DNA of 64,000 nucleotides from an uncultured Clostridia bacterium (GTDB lineage Bacteria; Bacillota; Clostridia; TANB77; CAG-508): NCBI GenBank assembly GCA_944391865.1, contig CALXVD010000004.1, positions 6,615 to 70,614 of the forward strand, read 5' to 3'. Shown piece by piece: positions 20,660 to 28,933 of this stretch (position 1 is its first letter; each line of letters starts with the position of its first letter). The notes under the pieces were generated by a model. It saw only the letters and a program-made list of their open reading frames with translations, ran no database searches and was not told where the DNA came from. The position numbers and the translations under genes were made by a program.

Positions 20660-22132
20660 CTATGTGCTTTCTATAATTATCTTTCTATTGTCGGCATTCT
20701 TCTTTTTTATTTCATCAGCTCTGTACGAACGAATTATATATTTATTTTTATTGTCAAATCTTATAATTACTGCTTTTGTATAATCATTATCTTTTACTTC
20801 ATGTTTTTCTTCTATCATAAGACTAGCTTTACATTCACTTAAGGTCTCAAATGTAGTCATAAAACCTATTCCACTTCCACCGACATCTTTATGTGTTGTT
20901 ATTTGTTCTAATCCCAATTTTAATAATGTATCTATTTCAAACTCTATACCACTATCATATATACAAAGCTCATAATGTCTATTTTTCTTTCCTAATATTG
21001 CAAAAATGTTTCTATATTTATTTTCACTAGAATTAACTGCAATTATTGCATCTTTTATGTGGTCACCTATTAATGTTTCTAATTTATTTTTAGGAATTAT
21101 GTTGTTTATTAAATAATATATGTTACCTTCTATTTTTAATTTAAAGTCTATATTATTATTTGAACACTCTGTCTGCATATATTTAAAGATATCGTCTATT
21201 TCTGAAACATTTGTAGCTGGTAATACAACTTTAGTTTTTATTCTTTGTAACGCTTCAGAATACTCTGTCGTAAGACTTTTTATTCTATCTAAAAGTTCTG
21301 TTTTTTCTTCTGTTCCGATATTAGCTTCTGATACTTTTAACTCTAACGCCTTCTGTCTATTATAAAATTCATGACTTGCTTTGCTCACATTAAATGCTTC
21401 ATCTGACAACTCCTTTAATTTATCTTCCTTTTCTTGTAAATCTTTTTTATACTCATTTATTGTATCGTCCAATAATTTTTGTTTGTAATACATAACTAAT
21501 GTTTTTTGTAAAATTATGAGCATAAAAATTCCTAATATTACAAAATAAAAATATATATGCTCTATTATCTTTTCAAAATTATTTCCTATTAATCCATAAA
21601 CTAAAATTATTATTGCACTAATGTTAATCATAGCTATTTCTATAAATTCATTATCTTTTTGCAAAAATGATAATCCTTTCTTTAACCTTTTTGCCTTTGA
21701 AATTAAAATTAATATTATAAATTCTATAGCTAAAGTTAATACTAAGTTAATTGTTTTGCTATCAATACTGAATAAAGCTTGTAATGCAAATTCAATTGTA
21801 CCTGCAAGAATAAACAGAAAATAAGAGAATGAAACTGAAATAATAGTAGAAATCAAAACTCTTGATAGCTTTAATTTTGTCAAACTACTCAATAACATTG
21901 ATTCTAAAAAATATAAGATAATAATAGTACTTAATATGTCAGAAACACTTCTTAATATACAATATAAAAAAGTAAGGAAAACTATTAATAATCCAGTTTT
22001 AATTCTTTTTATATTGTCCATTTCTTCATAATTATTAATTTTAAAAAAAATCATAAATAAAAAAATATTTATAAAAAAACTTTTTATAATTATATTAAAA
22101 ATATCTATACTAATCATATAATAACACCTCAT
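20660..22132 (-). CDS. AgrC/HPK10-like membrane sensor histidine kinase (module A)
   Basis: About 485 aa with an N-terminal polytopic domain, a coiled linker, H-box SHEFYNR and a GHKL ATPase (IGDHIKDAIIA, GGSGIGF). The likely start is the ATG at 22117 after GAGGTG. Confidence 0.8.
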   Translation of the reverse strand: MRCYYMISIDIFNIIIKSFFINIFLFMIFFKINNYEEMDNIKRIKTGLLIVFLTFLYCILRSVSDILSTIIILYFLESMLLSSLTKLKLSRVLISTIISVSFSYFLFILAGTIEFALQALFSIDSKTINLVLTLAIEFIILILISKAKRLKKGLSFLQKDNEFIEIAMINISAIIILVYGLIGNNFEKIIEHIYFYFVILGIFMLIILQKTLVMYYKQKLLDDTINEYKKDLQEKEDKLKELSDEAFNVSKASHEFYNRQKALELKVSEANIGTEEKTELLDRIKSLTTEYSEALQRIKTKVVLPATNVSEIDDIFKYMQTECSNNNIDFKLKIEGNIYYLINNIIPKNKLETLIGDHIKDAIIAVNSSENKYRNIFAILGKKNRHYELCIYDSGIEFEIDTLLKLGLEQITTHKDVGGSGIGFMTTFETLSECKASLMIEEKHEVKDNDYTKAVIIRFDNKNKYIIRSYRADEIKKKNADNRKIIIEST

Positions 22133-22165
22133 TTTATGGATGTTATTATTATATATATAAAATAA

Positions 22166-22218
22166 AAAGTAATCAATATATTATTTTTGTTTCAATATAA
22201 TATTTTGATTACTTTTTT
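22166..22218 (-). terminator. long hairpin plus T-run between the mini-ORF and the kinase gene (terminator/attenuator)
   Basis: About 20-bp arms AAAAAGTAATCAATATATTA / TAATATTTTGATTACTTTTT, followed by TTTTATTTT on the minus strand. Confidence 0.5.
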
Positions 22219-22222
22219 ATTT

Positions 22223-22264
22223 TTATAAACTAGCTATGTACATTATCCACTCCCAGAAGCTCAT
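22223..22264 (-). CDS. 13-codon mini-ORF MSFWEWIMYIASL (candidate signalling or leader peptide, module A)
   Basis: GGAGGTG lies 6 nt upstream. It sits between the regulator terminator and the kinase gene. Paralogous MSFWEWIRYWFGL lies at 36907-36948. Not in the ORF track. Confidence 0.5.
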   Translation of the reverse strand: MSFWEWIMYIASL

Positions 22265-22290
22265 TTAAAACACCTCCATTGCATTTTTTT

Positions 22291-22332
22291 GATAGCAAAA
22301 AAATATCACTTATACTTGTTTGTATAAGTGAT
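22291..22332 (-). terminator. rho-independent terminator after the Spo0A-like regulator gene (module A)
   Basis: ATCACTTATAC-loop-GTATAAGTGAT followed by ATTTTTTT on the minus strand. Conserved at 36975-37015. Confidence 0.7.
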
Positions 22333-22385
22333 TAATGGAAGTGCAATTGTTTTACTATAAGTTACACTTTGTGACAAAAAATGAC

Positions 22386-23177
22386 TTAAAGTTGCTTCTT
22401 TATCTTATCTGCATAATAATATATAAATTCTGTTGGAGTTGGAATTCCAGTTTCATAATTAATTCTCGCAGTATAATATGTACTCAAATCCTCTAATGAA
22501 GATATTCTCCATGCGTGTAAAATTGCATTTTGCATTGCTCTACTAATAGTGCTATTTGATTTTTTATATTTACTTACTAAATACTGAATTATTGTAATTT
22601 TTTTATTAGTATTTTCATTTTCTATTATATATTGAATTGAATCAAATAAATATTTTCTTCCTTGCAAATGTGTACTAATCCCTATTAAGTCCAATTCTTT
22701 GTTAATTTTATCAACTATAATTTCTTTACTATCTCCTATTTCTTCTTTTATTTCTTCATGTATAGTATTACTTTTATATTCTCTAATTAAAAGTATTGTG
22801 TTGATTACGTCTTCTTGTGAATAATTACTTTGCTTTTTATAAAAAATAAAGTCAACTACATTTCTATGTAGATATTCATAAACTGAATTGGAATATATAT
22901 TAGTTGTTACTATTACTTTAGGAATAATAGATAGTTTTACCTTTTTAAGTTTTTCTAGGAAACCGATTCCTGTTCCAGTACCATTTCCTTTATTTAATTC
23001 TAAATCTAAAATAATTCCTTCCGGCATATATTTTTTTACGATTCTTAGTCCTTCGGTTTCAGAATTAGTTATTGCTATAAACTCTATATCTTTCCTGTTC
23101 TTACTTATTTCTTTGAAAATATAGCATTCGTTTGCGTCATCTTCTATTAATAATAATTTCATCGGCTTATTTTCCAT
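22386..23177 (-). CDS. Spo0A-like response regulator (receiver plus Spo0A_C DNA-binding domain), module A
   Basis: 263 aa. The receiver has LLLIEDD and ILDLEL. The C-terminus GISTHLQGRKYL...SRAMQNAILHAW...PTPTEFIYYYADKI aligns with Spo0A GVPAHIKGYLYL...ERAIRHAIEVAW...PTNSEFIAMVADKL. Confidence 0.8.
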   Translation of the reverse strand: MENKPMKLLLIEDDANECYIFKEISKNRKDIEFIAITNSETEGLRIVKKYMPEGIILDLELNKGNGTGTGIGFLEKLKKVKLSIIPKVIVTTNIYSNSVYEYLHRNVVDFIFYKKQSNYSQEDVINTILLIREYKSNTIHEEIKEEIGDSKEIIVDKINKELDLIGISTHLQGRKYLFDSIQYIIENENTNKKITIIQYLVSKYKKSNSTISRAMQNAILHAWRISSLEDLSTYYTARINYETGIPTPTEFIYYYADKIKKQL

Positions 23178-23311
23178 TTTGTTACTCCTTTGAATTTATC
23201 ATTTTTTATTATATTATCATAAAATTCAATAATTTAGTATTATTTTTTATCACTTTTTATACTTTTTTGTAACATATAATAAATTAAATAATATATTAAA
23301 GAGGTATTTGT

Positions 23312-23629
23312 GTGAAAGAAGAAATTGGAAAAAGAATAAAAGCTATACGTGAAAATCTGAATATGACAAAGGAAGAATTTGCAAGAGTTATTGGTATATC
23401 AGGTCAATATTTGGGTATTGTTGAGCGAGGGCAAAGCTGTTTATCAATAGAAAAAATTAAAGTTCTCTGTGATTTTACTAATTTATCTTCTGACTTTATT
23501 TTATTTGGTAAAGACGAAAATTTAATAAATAAAACTAAAAAGAATTTAGCTGGACTAACAGATGCTCAATTAGAAGCAGGTTGTAGAGCATTAAACGATT
23601 TAGCAATATTTATTAGAGCTAAAAAATAA
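23312..23629 (+). CDS. XRE-family helix-turn-helix regulator (module A)
   Basis: 105 aa, GTG start, HTH_3-like IGKRIKAIRENLNMTKEEFARVIGISGQYLGIVERG. Confidence 0.8.
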   Translation: MKEEIGKRIKAIRENLNMTKEEFARVIGISGQYLGIVERGQSCLSIEKIKVLCDFTNLSSDFILFGKDENLINKTKKNLAGLTDAQLEAGCRALNDLAIFIRAKK

Positions 23630-23630
23630 C

Positions 23631-23692
23631 GTCAATATATTATTTTGTTTTGAAAGTAATATATTGACATTATTTAACTCCTTTGGTAAAAT
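23631..23692 (+). promoter_or_regulatory. 12-bp inverted repeat overlapping a TTGACA-17-TAAAAT promoter for the small downstream gene
   Basis: GTCAATATATTA-N14-TAATATATTGAC, with -35 at 23664-23669 and -10 at 23687-23692. The same layout occurs at 38318-38379. Confidence 0.5.
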
Positions 23693-23712
23693 ATGTCAAA
23701 GGAGTTGTTGAT

Positions 23713-23943
23713 ATGTTAAGTAATATTGATAAAACAAATTCTAAAGCACTAAAAAAACTGATGAATGACCCTAAATACCAACAAAATAAAATGCAAATAA
23801 ATTGTATAACCAAAGTATTGGTAGAACACGCTGATATTCCACAAAAGCTTATAGATTGGTTAATTCAATCTGTACAAGATAATGTCGTTATTGAATATAA
23901 ATTATTAAATTGCAAAGGTCAAAACATACAAAAAGTACATTAA
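23713..23943 (+). CDS. small conserved hypothetical protein (module A partner of the XRE regulator)
   Basis: 76 aa from the ATG after AAAGGAG. Paralog at 38422..38652 (shared QNxMQIxCIxxVLxEHADxPxxLIDWLIxSV). Confidence 0.6.
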   Translation: MLSNIDKTNSKALKKLMNDPKYQQNKMQINCITKVLVEHADIPQKLIDWLIQSVQDNVVIEYKLLNCKGQNIQKVH

Positions 23944-23966
23944 ATGAATGTACTTTTTGTTTTAAA

Positions 23967-24665
23967 TCATATTAACTTTAAACCATTTATTAATTCTAAA
24001 TAGTTAGTTATTATTAAATCTGGTAAATTTTTATCTTGTAATTGATAATACTCGTATTTACCTCTTTTAAACCATACAGTTTTTAATCCTGCTTTTTTTG
24101 CACCTTCTATATCTCTATATGGATTATCTCCTATCATGATTGTTTCTTCTCTGTTAGAGTCTGTTACTTTTAATGCATACTCAAAAATTTCAGGATTTGG
24201 CTTTATTAAATTAACTTGCGTCGATGAAATTATATCTTTAAAATTATTTATAACTCCTAAAACTTTCAATTTTTCTTTTTGAATTTCTAGCAATTCATCT
24301 GTTACAACATATAGGTTATATTTAGTTTTAAGTTCTGGTAATATTAATTTAAAATCCTCATATAGTTCTATATTTTCTTTTATAATATTCCAATATTTTT
24401 CACTTAATTCTTTAGGCTTAATATTAGAACATTTTAATCTGTTTAAAGTTTCTTCATACCATTTTGTCCTGTTATTCCTATTAGGATCGTTTTTATCTCT
24501 ACTAAATATATCTTTCTTTGATTTTTTGTATGTCTCATAGACATCAAAATATTCCATATTTAATTTATCTGCAATATACTTTATAATTTTTGTTTCTGCT
24601 TTTACTTTTGCTGGTTTTTCTTCATATATTGTCCCATCTACATCAAAAAATATATTTTTAATCAT
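23967..24665 (-). CDS. HAD-superfamily hydrolase
   Basis: 232 aa with FFDVDGTIY motif I and a GDNPYRDIEGAKKAG motif IV region. Confidence 0.75.
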   Translation of the reverse strand: MIKNIFFDVDGTIYEEKPAKVKAETKIIKYIADKLNMEYFDVYETYKKSKKDIFSRDKNDPNRNNRTKWYEETLNRLKCSNIKPKELSEKYWNIIKENIELYEDFKLILPELKTKYNLYVVTDELLEIQKEKLKVLGVINNFKDIISSTQVNLIKPNPEIFEYALKVTDSNREETIMIGDNPYRDIEGAKKAGLKTVWFKRGKYEYYQLQDKNLPDLIITNYLELINGLKLI

Positions 24666-24756
24666 TTTAGTTCTCCGTTTTTCTATATTTTATATCTTCT
24701 TTTTTACAATATACATTTTACTCTAATTAATATTTTTTTACAACATTTTTTAAAAT

Positions 24757-24780
24757 ACCGGGCGAACACAGTTCGCCCCT
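24757..24780 (-). terminator. GC hairpin terminator overlapping the trpB stop
   Basis: Minus strand TAG-GGGCGAAC-TGT-GTTCGCCC-GGTATTTT. Confidence 0.6.
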
Positions 24781-26008
24781 ACAACTTATTAATTATTATT
24801 TCCATATCTTTATCACCTCTGCCTGAAAGATTAACAATAATTACATCTATCGGCTTATAGTTTTTTGCAATTTTGCAAGCATATGCTATTGCATGGCTAC
24901 TTTCTAATGCTGGTATTATTCCCTCTAATTTGCATAACAATTTGAATGCTTTTACCGCTTCCTCATCTGTAATAGTATCATATTTTACTCTTCCAATTGA
25001 TTTTAAATATGCATGCTCTGGTCCAATTCCTGGATAATCTAATCCCGCTGAAATTGAATATGCATTCATTAATTCTCCGTTATCATTTTGCATAGCATAA
25101 GTTTTCATCCCATGAATGATACCAATTTTATTATTGTACATTGCAGATGCGTGTTTTCCTGTGTTTAGTCCTTTTCCAGCGCCCTCAACTCCGTAAATAT
25201 CAACATTCTTCTCTTTAATAAAATCTGCAAATAGTCCTATACTATTACTTCCTCCACCTATGCAAGCTACTATTGCACTAGGTAATTTATTCTCTTGTTC
25301 TAAAATTTGTTTTTTAGCTTCTTCTCCAATTATTTTTTGAAAGAACTTAACCATCTCTGGATAAGGACTTGGTCCAACAGCAGAACCTATTAAATAAAAT
25401 ACATCTTGATGTTTTATTAAATATTCAAATGCCTCATCTACGGCCTCTTTTAATGTTCCTTCTCCACTGCTTACTTCGTGAACATTTGCCCCAAGCATTT
25501 TTATTTTTTCTACATTGACTTTCTGTCTTTCTATATCCTCTTTTCCCATAAATATAGTACACTTTATATTAAATAATGCACATACAGTTGCAGTAGCTAC
25601 TCCATGTTGTCCAGCCCCAGTTTCGGCAATAATATGTGTTTTGTTCATTCTTTTTGCAATTAACACCTGACCTATTGCATTATTAATTTTATGTGCTCCA
25701 GTATGATTTAAATCTTCTCTTTTTAAATATATTTTTGCTCCACCCACATACTTACTTAGATTTTTTGCATAATATAACGGTGTTGGTCTTCCTACATATT
25801 GTTTTAAATAATATAAATATTCTTCAATAAAATTTTCATCTTTTTTTGCTCTTTCAAATTCACTTTCTATTTCTTGTAATTTTTCTTTTAATTCTTGTGG
25901 CACATATTGTCCACCAAATTCTCCATAATTCATAATTTTTCCTTCTTTCTTTAAAATATTATTTCTTAATTGCCAATGCCAGTCATCTTCCATATGCACC
26001 ACCTCCAT
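24779..26008 (-). CDS. trpB: tryptophan synthase beta chain (stand-alone)
   Basis: [28 protein letters not shown]. The likely start is the ATG at 25993 after GGAGGTG. No trpA or other trp genes are adjacent. Confidence 0.9.
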   Translation of the reverse strand: MEVVHMEDDWHWQLRNNILKKEGKIMNYGEFGGQYVPQELKEKLQEIESEFERAKKDENFIEEYLYYLKQYVGRPTPLYYAKNLSKYVGGAKIYLKREDLNHTGAHKINNAIGQVLIAKRMNKTHIIAETGAGQHGVATATVCALFNIKCTIFMGKEDIERQKVNVEKIKMLGANVHEVSSGEGTLKEAVDEAFEYLIKHQDVFYLIGSAVGPSPYPEMVKFFQKIIGEEAKKQILEQENKLPSAIVACIGGGSNSIGLFADFIKEKNVDIYGVEGAGKGLNTGKHASAMYNNKIGIIHGMKTYAMQNDNGELMNAYSISAGLDYPGIGPEHAYLKSIGRVKYDTITDEEAVKAFKLLCKLEGIIPALESSHAIAYACKIAKNYKPIDVIIVNLSGRGDKDMEIIINKL

Positions 26009-26013
26009 ATAAT

Positions 26014-26058
26014 AAAAAACACATGTACAAGTAATTTTTTAATCACTCATACATGTGC
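26014..26058 (-). terminator. attenuator terminator of the trpB leader
   Basis: CACATGTA...TACATGTG stem followed by T6, located between the leader ORF and the trpB RBS. Confidence 0.6.
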
Positions 26059-26075
26059 TTCTATTTACAATTTAT

Positions 26076-26159
26076 TTAAAGCACGACAATTTTGTATGGG
26101 TGATTTTTCTCCCATACATTCCACCAACTGTTTAATTTAACATTATTTAAATTAATCAT
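26076..26159 (-). CDS. 27-codon Trp-rich leader peptide MINLNNVKLNSWWNVWEKNHPYKIVVL
   Basis: AAGGAG lies 9 nt before the ATG. It has tandem TGG-TGG plus a third TGG. The 3' end overlaps the GTATGGG/CCCATAC hairpin, which can alternatively pair with the terminator arm. Not in the ORF track. Confidence 0.55.
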   Translation of the reverse strand: MINLNNVKLNSWWNVWEKNHPYKIVVL

Positions 26160-26182
26160 GGTTTTTGTCTCCTTCTTTTAAT

Positions 26183-26211
26183 ATTATACTTTTTATATTA
26201 TTATATGTCAA
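26183..26211 (-). promoter_or_regulatory. sigma-A promoter for the trpB leader
   Basis: Minus strand TTGACA, 17 nt, TATAAT. Confidence 0.55.
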
Positions 26212-26258
26212 ATTAATTCTTTTGTTCATATTGTACATCTGCCAAATATATATTTCTA

Positions 26259-27332
26259 TTAATTGCACATCTGCCAATTTAGTCCATTGTCTATACTTGC
26301 AAATGTGTAATAATTAACTTTATCAGATGACGTGTATGCTGGTGAATACATTTTTACTTTTAATCTATCATTTTCTATATAAGGCACGCCATCTACATAA
26401 AAAATTGTGTCTTCTATGTCTAATGGAAATATAAAGTTTGCATTTTTATAGGTTTCTCCTCCATCTACTGTAACTAAAAGTGAATCATTATCCTCGCCTA
26501 GCACAAATAGGCTTAAGTTATTTATAAAGCCAACCTCTTCATTAATAAAAACAAATTCTGCTCCTCTATTTACTGTCATAGCCCCATCTGAAGTCTTCAG
26601 CTGGTTTCTCCATGTTTTTCCACTATTATCCGTTTTTTTAACACTTATTATCATTTTTCCGCCTAGCACACTTCCTACATTTACAACTTTTATAGTAGTA
26701 GTACCATTTCTTATTTCTTTTTCGTATAAAACATCTTCTGGTTCTGTCAACTTTCCCTCTGTTAATTCATCAGTATCTTTTTCTTCTTCAACTTTTATAA
26801 TATTTTCCTCTAAAAGATTTTGTGTTACTTCCTCTTCTTCTATTTCTGTTGGGTCAAAATCCTCTTCGTAAAATTCACTAAATTCTATTTTTGAATTATA
26901 TACAAAAGGATTTATGTATTCGTGAAAATAAACATTTGTATCATTATCAAGAAAACCTGCATCAACCACAGCTACATATTTTACATTTTCTCTTTCTACT
27001 ACATATTCACTATTTGTGTCAATTGCTACACTTAAAAAGAAAAAGCCAATAAGTAAAAATTTCCAAAATATTGCACATAATATTAAGAAAACTACTATTC
27101 CAAGCAATATGTCCAATTTTGTTTTTTTATCTATTTGTATAAATTCTTTTATTAAAAATACAACAAATAGTATTGCTGAAATTGAAATAACTACTATATA
27201 AACCCACTCTCTTATCTTTAGTCCTGATGCTTTTAAAATAAAATGTAAAGTAACTAGTATAATTATTAATAACACCGAATATGTTAACAAACTTTTTCTA
27301 ATTTTACTTAATAAATCTTTTACTTTTTCCAT
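26259..27332 (-). CDS. membrane-anchored protein with BNR/Asp-box-like repeats
   Basis: 357 aa with N-terminal TM helices, an acidic linker and a C-terminal region with DNSGKTW, DGGETY and DNGLNW motifs. Confidence 0.45.
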   Translation of the reverse strand: MEKVKDLLSKIRKSLLTYSVLLIIILVTLHFILKASGLKIREWVYIVVISISAILFVVFLIKEFIQIDKKTKLDILLGIVVFLILCAIFWKFLLIGFFFLSVAIDTNSEYVVERENVKYVAVVDAGFLDNDTNVYFHEYINPFVYNSKIEFSEFYEEDFDPTEIEEEEVTQNLLEENIIKVEEEKDTDELTEGKLTEPEDVLYEKEIRNGTTTIKVVNVGSVLGGKMIISVKKTDNSGKTWRNQLKTSDGAMTVNRGAEFVFINEEVGFINNLSLFVLGEDNDSLLVTVDGGETYKNANFIFPLDIEDTIFYVDGVPYIENDRLKVKMYSPAYTSSDKVNYYTFASIDNGLNWQMCN

Positions 27333-27343
27333 TAATATTTCTC

Positions 27344-28336
27344 CTATTTCTTTATAAATTCATATGTTGCTCCGTTTTCAAAGTTTAATTTTATTGTACT
27401 ACATTCGTTATATAGTGTCATATTAAATATTAAAATTTGCTTCTCTATTTTTTCTAAAAATTCTCCACCAAAAATTCTTAAAGTGTTTGAAAGTGTATAA
27501 GTATTTCCGTTTTCATCTGTAACAGTAATACTATCTTGAGGTGATATGTATTCATCAGAATTTATTGTAACTGCAAATCCACTATTTGTTAATTTTGCAT
27601 CTTCCACAATTTTACTTTCCTTAATAGTTGTATATTCTATAGTTTTTCTTTCTGAAAGTTGTTTTGATACATCAAACTCTAATTCATAATCTCCATCATA
27701 TTGTATTGTTATTGGATCTCCTTGGTTTACGTTGTATAAAGTAATTTGGTTAAAACTTACATATATTTTATTACTTCTCGGAAAATTGTTTGAAGTTAAA
27801 TGAAGAACTTGCCTTAATGTGTTTCCTTGTTTTTCAATTACGCTCCAATCGCTTGCCATTAATGCTATATTTTTTGTCCATATATCTTGGCCTTCTGAAT
27901 CAAAGTATATTTGATTATCATTTTCATCTGTAATTTTTAACCCAGTTAATGCTATTCCTTCAAAATTATCTACACTATCTTCTGTTACAAAATTAAATAC
28001 TAAGTCAAAGTTTAGGTCGTCCATCATAAAATAATCTACTTTGAATTTTACTTTTTCCTCTTTTACATAGTCCATATCTATGTTTTGTATATAATTATTT
28101 TGAATTGCAGTTTGTATTCCTGCGTCGTCCATTCCTTTTATTTTAAATATCTCTACTATTTTTATTCCGCCATATGTAACTCCACCTACAATTAATATTG
28201 CAAGCACAAATGTTGCAACCATTTTTAAAATTTTATTTTTAGGCATAAAATTCTCCTCACTTTCTTGAAAGTTAGATATAGCAAGTTTTGTTTTTACTTT
28301 TTTTTGTATTTTTTTATTCATATTTTCATTATTCAT
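27344..28336 (-). CDS. putative membrane-anchored anti-sigma factor (DUF4179-like)
   Basis: 330 aa with a single TM after a short cytoplasmic N-terminus. Overlaps the end of the upstream ECF sigma gene by 8 nt. Paralogous in layout to 28934..30112. Confidence 0.45.
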   Translation of the reverse strand: MNNENMNKKIQKKVKTKLAISNFQESEENFMPKNKILKMVATFVLAILIVGGVTYGGIKIVEIFKIKGMDDAGIQTAIQNNYIQNIDMDYVKEEKVKFKVDYFMMDDLNFDLVFNFVTEDSVDNFEGIALTGLKITDENDNQIYFDSEGQDIWTKNIALMASDWSVIEKQGNTLRQVLHLTSNNFPRSNKIYVSFNQITLYNVNQGDPITIQYDGDYELEFDVSKQLSERKTIEYTTIKESKIVEDAKLTNSGFAVTINSDEYISPQDSITVTDENGNTYTLSNTLRIFGGEFLEKIEKQILIFNMTLYNECSTIKLNFENGATYEFIKK

Positions 28337-28868
28337 AGCTATACCCTCCTTTCTCTAATTCTTTTTTAATTCTTTTTCTTAATCTATATAATTTTGATTT
28401 TATCTTTACTTCTGTACATTTCAATTCTTTTGCTATTTCCCTTATCTTTTTGCCATTATAATAAAACATAATAAATATGTTTTTGTCTTCTTCTCTACTA
28501 TCTTCTAATATTTTTTCTATTACATTTTGCTTTTCTCTTTGTTCTATTAAATAATTTATATCAATATTATCTACAAGTTCTTCCTCGTATTCTTTTAAGT
28601 CATATGTAAACTCTACTTGTCTAAATTTTTGCTTAATTAAATTTTTTGCTATTCCTACTAAATATGGAGTTAATCTTCTATTTTTATCAAACTTTTCTTT
28701 GTTTTTCCAAAACACAAAAAATATGTCAGATATGATTTCTTCTATATCTTCTTCTGAAAGCTTTTTATTTGTGGTATTCATAATTATTGTGTACAAATAT
28801 CCTGTGTTTTGGTTTATAATCTCTTCCAAATTTAAGGTTTGTCCTTCAACTATTTCTTCTTTTTCCAT
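28329..28868 (-). CDS. ECF-type RNA polymerase sigma factor
   Basis: 179 aa with sigma-70 region 2 (DIFFVFWKN) and a region 4 HTH (IREIAKELKCTEVKIKSKLYRLRKR). Confidence 0.8.
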   Translation of the reverse strand: MEKEEIVEGQTLNLEEIINQNTGYLYTIIMNTTNKKLSEEDIEEIISDIFFVFWKNKEKFDKNRRLTPYLVGIAKNLIKQKFRQVEFTYDLKEYEEELVDNIDINYLIEQREKQNVIEKILEDSREEDKNIFIMFYYNGKKIREIAKELKCTEVKIKSKLYRLRKRIKKELEKGGYSYE

Positions 28869-28933
28869 TAAAATCTCCTTATTCTAAGATATCTTTAATT
28901 ATATATTGTAATTTTTAAAAAAAAGGTTGCATA

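Noticed and set aside
25993-26008. The N-terminal MEDDWHWQ of trpB considered as an in-frame Trp-sensing leader.
   Set aside because: It is contiguous with the TrpB coding frame and is preceded by the gene's own strong RBS. The separate 27-codon WW-containing ORF upstream, followed by a terminator, fits the attenuator role much better.
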